Shown here: piece after piece, positions 54,931-64,000 of the stretch
How the letters are laid out: every line of letters starts with the position of its first letter
How positions within the stretch are numbered: the first letter of the stretch is position 1
From: the human T2T-CHM13v2.0 reference genome, Homo sapiens
Strand: one strand, 5' to 3'
Assembly: GCF_009914755.1 (NCBI RefSeq)
Contig: NC_060932.1
Length of the DNA: 64,000 bases
The notes under the pieces: model-generated
Told to the model about the DNA's origin: nothing
Database searches by the model: none
Seen by the model: the letters and a program-made list of their open reading frames with translations, nothing else
Translations under genes and position numbers: made by a program

Positions 54931-55534
54931 CTAACAAAGAAGCACAGAATGTGTCTCCTCCACACCCATAAGGTCACCAGTGCTTTCCGGAAAGGCTCTA
55001 AACTTCCCGTCATCATACATAGGAATAAATTTCATAGGACTTTGTCTTATTTGGCATCTTAAAAAGCTCTTAGGCAGTAAAAGTATCTGTCTACAATATA
55101 GCTCTGATTATGTAACTCCCTTAGATTAATAACAGGAAGAGAATGCCTGGCATTTTTCTAGAATATGCCTTCATACACTCAAGCTTTTGCTCATGCTCTA
55201 TCTTCTGCCTGGAACACCCTTCTCAAGCTTGTGACAGCTGAAATGACTTCTCTTCCTGAAGTGGTCACTGACATACACTTCCTACCTTGCCTAGGCTCAG
55301 CAGTGCCTCCTCATCCTCAGTTTCCACAAAACTTTGCACCTATTTCTATTCTATTAGAATTCAATAATTTACTTATGTGTTTACATAATAGCTCTGTTTA
55401 CTAACTTGCTATAACCGTGGGCAAGTTATTTTACTCCCTTGGTCTCAGTGTTCTCATCTGTAACGTTGAAGATGAAATAATCACAGTTATATTAATACTT
55501 CAAATGCACTGTTCTCTCTCCTGTTTTTGATTTT

Positions 55535-56775
55535 GTGTTGAGAATATGGTGGGAAGCAAGAACAGGGTTTTGCCCTCCTTTTATATCTTAATAGAAGGGA
55601 GAGGAAGACAGGCAATAAGTGTATGAAAAAAAGTAATCTCGGATAATTCTGGGAAGCTCCATGACAAAAATAAAATCAGGTGATGCTGTAGACAGTGGTG
55701 GAGACACAGAGAGACTCTTTAGACAAGGTGGAAGACAAATTTCAGTTTAGAACAAAACCAGGAAAGAGAGGCAGCTTTTGTGTCCATATTCCAAGTAGAA
55801 GAAATGTCAAAGTTCTGAACTGGGAATGGTCTTGGTGTGTTCAAAAAGGATGAAGAAGACAGCAGTGACCTTGACAGACTGAACAGGCAGGTGGGGAAAG
55901 TTGAGATGGGGAATATGAGCGAATATCAGATCACGCAGGGCCTTGTAGGAGTTTGAGTTTTATTGTGCTGCAACAGAAAAACATCAGAGGATTTTAAGCA
56001 GTTGACATAATTTGCTTTGTACTTTGGAAAGATCATTCTAGTTGCTGCATGGAGGGAGGTTTTGTTGGAGGTGGGTAGGAGCAGAAAAGCCATTTAGGAA
56101 GGTGTTTTTACAGTACAGGCAATGTGGTGCAATGGTTTGGGAAGTGTTGTAGCTGTGAAAATTATGAAAGTCAAGATATATTTTGGAGTAGAGTGAAAAT
56201 GAATCAATATATTAGACATAGAGAGCAAAGGGAAGTTAATCAAGATTGATTGCTCAGTGTTTGGCCTGTGCAACTGAGAACACTGAGGTAGTGAAGGCTT
56301 GGGTGAAGGGAGCACTTTTGACTGTGGAAGTCTCAACCTTGTTGAGATTGAGATATCACTGGGCATCTGGATGAAGATGCAAAGTGGTCAGTAAAATTTA
56401 TCATCTAGCGCTCAGGAAGGAGGATAGTCTGGGAGTTTCACAAATTTGAGAACCATCAGAATGTCAGTAAGAAAAGCCATTGAATTAAATCAGTTTGTCT
56501 AGATAAAGAGGGAATGTAGAGAAAATAAAAGAGCAGAGGGTTCCATACTAGAGCATGCCAACAGGCAGATGCAAGAGAAAGGACCAGCAGAGAATGTAGA
56601 GAAAGTAGAGAGAGAGTTAGGTAGAAAAGAAGAGCAGACAGGTATGGTGTCCCAGCACCAGATGAGAACGGTTTCAAGAAGAGAGTGAACATCTGCTGCT
56701 GAGTGAGTAAGAGAGAATTGAACCACTGTCTTTGGCGTAAGGTAGGTCATTGTTTTGTTGTTGCTGATGGGAAGT
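55535..56775 (-). mobile_element. L2 LINE relic extending into ORF2
   Basis: Purine-rich antisense L2 pattern (AGATCACGCAGGGCCTTGTAGG, GAAAGATCATTCTAGTTGCTG). The minus ORF text HSLLETVL..DT...SSFL resembles L2 reverse transcriptase. Confidence 0.8.
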
Positions 56776-58829
56776 GTCATGTCTGACAGTTCCGAGTGCC
56801 TCCTTGATATTACTACTCATAAAGTTGAGTCAATTTCAGCTATCCTGGTGGTGTAATTTCCTCCATCAACTTTCAGCTCCCCTGGTCCAGGTGAGGAGGG
56901 GTGAAAAATTGAGTTTAACCAGGATGTGGGTTTGGTTGGCAAAATGTCAAAATGGCTTATTCTAAATTTCTTCCAGTCTCTAAAAGTTCATCAAATAAAG
57001 CAAAATCTGTTTTCCTTGAATCTAAAATTTCAAACTAATTCTTTAACTTTTAAAATTCTTCAAATTAAGATTATTTATGGTTGCATGAAAAAACTTGACA
57101 ATGAAGCAATGGGAGAGGGATCTTTAGCAATCTTGCATGTTATTTAAATCACAAATATTGGACTAGGAATATGTATTAATCCAGAACAAATGTCATGGTT
57201 TATTCTTCCAATATTTTTCACTTATACTTTGCTTCCCTTCTTTTTCCAGGTTTGATCCTTGGGAAGTATAAAAGAATAGATTATGAAAATCTTGATGCCC
57301 TGTTGGATGTGTCCAAGGGATATTCAATGTCAAAGTAAGAAATGCCATCAAAATCTTTTAAAATAACACGAAAGCAAGAAATTTATATACTAATAGAAAT
57401 TATTTATCTCAGTGAATAATTCAAAGATTATTCCCTTAAATTCTGACATCTTATAGAACACAGCATTTGTCTTTTTTTGTTTCATTTTAGGAAAATCTAA
57501 AATTAAAACCTACTTTACATTCTAAAAATAAGTGGTTTAACTCCTGAAAATTTATTCAATCACATTTTAAACTCCAACATACATATTTCTAGACTTGTAA
57601 ACATATTTGCATTCTTTTAAATTTAAATAGAAATAGATTTGTTAAAATCCAGTTCTCTGAAATGCTCAGGAAAGTATCATCTGGCTTGATTTTTATAAAT
57701 TATCTGTAATGTTTTTAATAAAATTACTTTGGGATATATGCTACTTCAGAAAAAGAATTAATGCTTTAACTCTACTTGTTATGAAGCATTAATTTTTCCA
57801 GTGTCCATTCAGTGGGCAAAAATAAGGAGTTGTCATTCTCAGTATGGAGCAATGTTTAACTCTTGCTAAATTCATTTTGTCATAATAAAGAAAACCCACT
57901 TGAATTCCAAACATTACAAGTGACAAAACATTTTATAGAGCATTCATTTTGTATGTAGACTGCCCCTGAAGTACTCTGCTTTAATCTAAATGAAAAAGCC
58001 AAAGTGAAGTCAAAAATTATTTACTGTTTCTTCTTCCTTGACATTTCTTAACAGGACATAACAACCTGGTAAAAAGGGAAGCCTGCACAGACAGGCCTCC
58101 TTATCCGTGTATTCAGCAAACCCCACCAGCTCTCCTCATCCAGTGGCCGTAAGAGCAGTACCTCAACATGAATAACAGCAACGCCTTGCGCTCATATAAT
58201 GCTCTCTGGTTTACAAAGTGCTTTTCATATTGGGTTTGTTTCTTTTTAATGAGAGGGAAAGTTATATGAAGGATTTTATTCCCTTAGAAGACAGGAGACT
58301 TTTGGCAAGATTTTGAATCTTTCCTCTGTGGCCAATTAGTGACAATTCCACTTTTGCAAGACAGCCGTCTCCCTGTCCAATTTGACAAGGCAAAGCAAGA
58401 AGACTGGCACTAAATTCGGTGCCAACAGTAGTTCAAAATCTCACCACCATCAAAATATGAATTTGGATGCAAAATTCCAGAGCTTGCATAGTCTGCTACG
58501 GCCTCCAAAGAGGCTGAATTGTAAGCAGAGTCAGCTTCTAAAAGGAGGAGGTTGGTGGCAGTGTAAATGGCATACCCTTTCTGCAGAGGAAGTTCAGCAA
58601 CATATTTACAATGAAAGCAAAATTGCATAATTGTGCAAAAACATACATACCAATATATTTATTTCAGCTTCATGTATAGTAGGAAAAAATAGAAGGGAGG
58701 GTATTTATCAACCTATAGGTAGTTAGTTAAACAAAATATGGCAAAATGATTAACTGGAATACCATGTACCCAATAATAAAAATACAATGTTATACCACAT
58801 GGGGATGGGTAGATTAGGCTAGGTATTAA

Positions 58830-59180
58830 AGAACCTAATAGGCTGTGATAACGCAAGAGTTGGACTTTTTCTCAGTGTGAATTAGAAAGCCACTGGAAAT
58901 TTTTGAACATAGAAGTGACAGGATTTGACTTACATCTTCAAAGGATCCCTTTGGCACTATGTCAAGAAGAAACTACGGCAGGACTGTGGGAGGAAGCAAT
59001 GGTGATACACCAGGGGGGCTGGTGATGGCTCAGAGCAGGTGCTGTCAGCAGCGGAGGTGGGGAAAGTGCTTAAAGTCTACAAACGGTGAAGGTCAAGAAA
59101 GCATGATTTTTTTAATATATTGGGTATAAGGTGTGAGAGAAAGTGAAGAGTCAAAAAGGACCCCCAGGTTTTGATTAAAT
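58830..59180 (-). mobile_element. L2 LINE relic
   Basis: GAAAGCCACTGGAAATTTTGAACATAGAAGTGACAGGATTTGACTTAC...GAGTCAAAAGGACCCCCAGGTTTT. Confidence 0.75.
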
Positions 59181-59182
59181 AG

Positions 59183-59213
59183 GTGTGTGTGTGTGTATGT
59201 GTGTGTGTGTGTG
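59183..59213. repeat. (TG)n microsatellite
   Basis: Interrupted GT repeat. Confidence 0.9.
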
Positions 59214-62200
59214 CATGCATGAGTAAAGCACAAAAGAACGCACCCCCAAAATAACAGGGTGGTTGCTGAATAATTAGATAACAGAAGATCTTTATTTTCA
59301 TCTTTCCACTTTTGTTTGGGATTATGCAAGGAGCATGTGTTACTTCAAAATTTAAAAGCTATTTTTTTTAGATAAACTGATGACATTAAGAATAAGAAAC
59401 AGTTTGCCTAGCATATATTTTTTTGGTCAGCCACCTTTTGTTGCATGACAACCAAGCCTCATAGAATAGCAAGCAACAACTCTGGAATGTGAAGCAATAT
59501 CTGACCCCCAACCTGCCCAGTTTTAGGATTCATAGCAGGTTGCATATCTCTATCTGGGTCTTTTCTAACTGAAAGAAGAAATTTGCTAAGGCCTCCCACA
59601 CGATGAACCTGAAGATTAACACCACGGAGTCAGCACACCTGCCAACCAAACCACATAAGTAAACCTCCATCTGTGTAGTGAAATGACTAATTCTTATTCT
59701 CATTAACCCTCTTAGATAGCATATTTGAGTCTTCCTCTTTTTTAAAATTTTTATTTTCTCTTTACATTTTCATAGGCCTATAGCATGCATACATTTTATT
59801 TTGGTAAACCACCTCAAATCCTTTTATTAAATATATGGAGTGAAATAAATACATACATAAATAGCTGGTTGTTTTTTTTCTCCACATCCCCCTCCTTTGA
59901 TTCCACATTTACCTGCTTGATTTATGTCTTGCTCACCATCATGCTATTCATTCTCCTAACTTCTTTCCTCTACTGTGCAATTAACAGAAGTCATGAGGAG
60001 AACCATGCAGCTGAGAAAAATATTCAGATAAAGGTCTGCATGCCACACCATGCTATTAGGAGAAACAGTCCAAACAAATCTAATACATAAGTAATACACT
60101 GGGTCCAGGGAGCTGTGTATGAACTTGGGCAGATATGCCCTCAGCAGACACTCGTCACAGCAGGAATGGGGTACCCCTGAATGTGAATCTCTTCATTCTG
60201 CAGTAAAGATTAATAAAACCTGATTGTGACCCAAAAATTGTGACATGATACACTGCAGGATAAACAAAATTGTTCTCAGAGCAGAGGTAGATTTTCCAGC
60301 ATTATATGGAAGAACTTCTGATAATTTGCATAAAACCAGATCTCTTCCATTTCAGCAAACCTCCCTTCTCCAGTGCAGCTGCACCATTCACTTTTTGTCC
60401 TTCAACATGTGCACACCTTGAACCAATGGATCAGTGATAATTCCAAGCTGTGCTTCTCCCTGGGCTACTTATGACGGGGACTTTTGCATTTCTAGCTCAT
60501 CTCATGGCAAATATTCCAACACTTGGAAGTTAGGCACACAGTCTGTGCATGTACTAGGCATGTGGCTTTCTGCATATGTCTGCACATCATTTTTCAGGAA
60601 ACTCTATTTCACACTACACCAGCTTGATGAGTAGCTGTTGTTCACACCCACTGAGAAATAACTTCATGTGAGAATAATACCTTTACAACTTTGAAATGTC
60701 CTCAGACAGACTTCTCATCTCCAGGCCATCAACCTGCTGTGAACTCTCATCCTGACTTTTCACACTTACAGGCAACAGTCGTGCAACATACTGTCAAACA
60801 ATATGAAGGTCTGGGGAGATGTGGAGGAGTGCAAAATTAAATTGGAGCCAGAACATCTTTTTAGCTCAGTAGAATTTTTAATAATTAAAAAAATCCACCA
60901 TATATGCAAGTATATTCATATTTGGTGTCTATTTAAAACTTCTTCTCCATGTCTCTGAAGTGTGTCTAGATTTCTGATCCTTATTGTCATTCTTTTTGTT
61001 GAAGGATAGTGTATGAATTCTGCATCTGTGGTCTCTGTCCTCAAGATACTTCCTAATTCCATCTTCTTCAAGTATTTCTGATCAAAAATCTCAGTCTTTT
61101 CTTTAAGACGCAATTATTATAACACTGAAGCAATTAAGAGCTTGGTGGGGGGTCTGAATTTTCTCTTTGAGAACTCTCCAGAAATAATTTTAGTCCTCTT
61201 TGTTGAAAATCCAGCAAAAGTTAGGCATTCAATGAATAGCTCTGTAGGAAGAAATAGAATAACCAACTCTTTCATTCAACAAATAATTCAACCCCTGAAA
61301 TGTGCCAGACTGTGAGTCTGCTCAGCAAGGTGAGTCGGATGTGGATCTGGGCCTCAAGGAAACTCACTCGAGCTCAGCGGAAGAGCTGACATGTCAATTA
61401 CAGTCTCCCCAATTCAACAAGAACACTTCTCAGCAAGGACTGAATTACACACATCAAACTTCTCCTGTTAATTTTTAGTTAAGTAGAAAGTTCAATTAAG
61501 TGGAAATCAACTCACTCTTAGTGTTTAATTCTTTCAGTTAATGTCCAACTAGCTCAACATCTGGAACTCAGTTCAACTCAACAAATGTTATTGAGTTGAT
61601 TCCCATAGAGTGCAGCATGCAAGGTGCTTCGTACAAAGAAGACACTGGTAAGAGAGAGGATGACTGGTTAATGACAATCTGCCAACCTGGACAGAAGAGT
61701 GGGCTAGTACACAGTACTTGTCATTCAGAGCAATAAGAGTAACAACAGCAGAATACAAGATATGGGCACTGATTATAGAGGTTCAAGGAAAAAGCAGGGC
61801 AACAAAGAATTAATTGAGCAGCCTCCTTCCTGTCTGTAGATGCACAATCAGGAGGCCTGAATGGGTCCTGACCCAAGACACCTTCTAGAAGTTATTTCAA
61901 AAGTGACCAGCATCAGTTAGTTCCCTTTCGATTCACCCCTCTCCTAAAGAGTCATTAGAGAGAAAATCTGATAAATTAAAGCTCTGAGTAGTTTAATTCT
62001 GTTTAATAAGAGTTGTCCTGAATACATAATTTTGGATTTCTTCTTTAGACTTACAAGATATTTTTTATGTAAATTATTGTTTGAATGTGAAACTTAAAAA
62101 AGTGTGTACATATAAGCATAATAATATATGCTTTATATTTATATAATGTATAATATATATCTTATATGTATATAATGTATAATATATACATTTGTATGTA

Positions 62201-62228
62201 CATACAGAACACAAATAATAAGTATAGA

Positions 62229-62911
62229 CAGAAGGTTCTTGAATACTAACATTTTGTTCAAAATCATTCTGTTATAACATTGATGAGAAAAAAAATTGAT
62301 TCCCACCCAGGGCCACTGTCTGTATGGAATTTGCACGTTCTCCCGAAGTCTATGTGGGTTTTCTCCCACATTCAAAAGATGTGCATATCAGGTTCACTGG
62401 CATGTCTGAGTGGTCCCAGTCAGAGTGACTGCAGGTGTGTGTGAGTGCACCCAGTGATGGGTAGGTGGCCTATCCTGGCATGTCTGAGTGGTCCCAGTCA
62501 GAGTCAGAGTGACTGCGGGTGTGCATGAGTGCACCCAGTGATGGGAAGGTGGCCTGTCCAGGGAGGGCATCCTGTCCATGGTAGGTTCCTGCCTTGGGCC
62601 CTGAGCTGGGAGAATAGGCTCTAGCCACCCACAACCCTGAACGGGAATAATTTGGTAAGCAATGATCTTACTTGTTTTTATTCGTCTTTCTTAAATGTAC
62701 ATATATCTCACATTTATTTCAATGTTTAATATTAAAGTGTTCTGATCTTTATTTAGAAGTTTGTTGATGTTTTTTGTGACCAGAATATACCATAGGAACT
62801 TAACTCTTATTTATATCAATTAGCCTGTGGTAAAATTGGTTCCACATTATACATCATTTTGCTCAAAGATAGAGTTTCCAAGAAACTGCCAACAATGTTG
62901 AGGACTTGCTG
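62229..62911 (+). mobile_element. MER6A-like Tc1/mariner (Tigger) non-autonomous DNA transposon
   Basis: Termini CAGAAGGTTCTTGAA and TTGAGGACTTGCTG|TA, with core GGGCCACTGTCTGTATGGAATTTGCACGTTCTCCC. Confidence 0.88.
62397..62558 (+). repeat. Two-copy tandem duplication (78 and 84 bp) inside MER6A
   Basis: CTGGCATGTCTGAGTGGTCCCAGTCAGAGT... starts at 62397 and again at 62475. Confidence 0.95.
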
Positions 62912-63911
62912 TATATTTACATTAAGGATATATAAATATACATTACATATACATACATAGATAATAGGAATATTCCTGACTATATATTTTAAATAACTAT
63001 TAACACCAAATATTAAATAACTATTAATACAAAAATTTTTAATAATTATTAATACCAACTATTAAGGAGAACACCTTCACTTTTAATTTAGCACTCATAC
63101 AGAAAGTTCAAAAAATGACATATGGAAACATATGTGCTTTGAGTAATTTGTAGTCAACCAATGAATAGAATAATACAATATGCTTCAAAGCACAGCCACT
63201 ATAAAAAAAAAAACACTTGATTTTAGCAAATTTTTCTTTCACATTTCTCAAAAAAAAAAAAAAAAGAATGTCAGAGTTTTCTTTCCAGCTCAGCTTGAGA
63301 AAATGTCTTGGAGTACTTTATGATATATGCATAGACACGTCTTAGGAAAATGAAACTGCAGTTACCATCATTTATGAATTTAAGAAAGCCATTTAAGACA
63401 AAGGGAACCAAATTTCTCATCAAAAAGGAAAACACATTTCATGACAGTAAAAACTTTGAGATATTGCATGAAGTAGTCTTAATCTAGTTTACAATGTTTA
63501 AAATCCTTGCAAAAACTCAGCATGGGAACTGTTTTAACTGTAAAAGATTTCCAAAAAAAAAAAAAAAAAAAGAATTCTGAACACCAGGATGGAAAGTAAT
63601 CCAGAAACCATGATGCTATTTAGTTGGTACTTCTTAGCAGCCTGGGTAATCTCTGGCACAGTCAGCTAGTCAGGAAGTGGCAAATGTCTAAGACGTACCT
63701 ATCAATTGGCTAATAATAAACTCTTTGACAAAGTTCACCAGTAGCTCTGTGTTCCCCAGTAAAACAATAAAATACAAACACAAACTTTTCCTTTAGAAAT
63801 AGCAGGAGACATACGGTATTTCAGAATGCAAGTAACTCTACTAAACAGATTATCCTCCAATACTTAATCTATTAACCACGAGGACATGAAGAAAGTAATT
63901 ATCAAATCCTC

Positions 63912-64000
63912 TTTTTTTTTTTTTTTTTTTTTTTTGAGACGGAGTCTCGCTCTGTTGCCCAGGCCGGACTGCGGACTGCAGTGGCGCAATCTCGGCTCAC
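63912..64000 (-). mobile_element. AluYb8/Yb9 3' end, truncated by the window edge
   Basis: Pure T-tail and GGCCGGACTGCGGACTGCAGTGG, the antisense of the Yb-diagnostic 7-bp duplication GCAGTCCGCAGTCCGGCC. Confidence 0.95.

Overview
This is AT-rich, CpG-depleted primate genomic DNA, almost certainly human: the Alu at the right edge carries the AluYb8/9 7-bp duplication, which marks a human-specific subfamily. The window is intronic or intergenic and dominated by interspersed repeats: about 18 Alu copies or fragments, L1PA/PB/MA/MB/M pieces (several nested), L2 and MIR relics, MaLR and MER21 LTRs, a MER6A DNA transposon and an ERV-L dUTPase scrap. I can support no complete protein-coding gene, RNA gene, CRISPR array or prokaryote-type system. 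The listed ORFs are mostly repeat-derived or chance. Repeat subfamily names come from recalled consensus features, not a database run, and many boundaries are approximate. The signals the repeats do not explain are: (1) a near-perfect, non-tandem ~330-bp duplication (305/306 identical core, 2,848 bp apart) flanking a tightly spaced inverted Alu pair; (2) a 93-bp nested hairpin with 32-bp arms; (3) two isolated coding-like exon candidates on opposite strands, one of which looks like a decayed exon of a lost gene; (4) several enhancer-like unique blocks.
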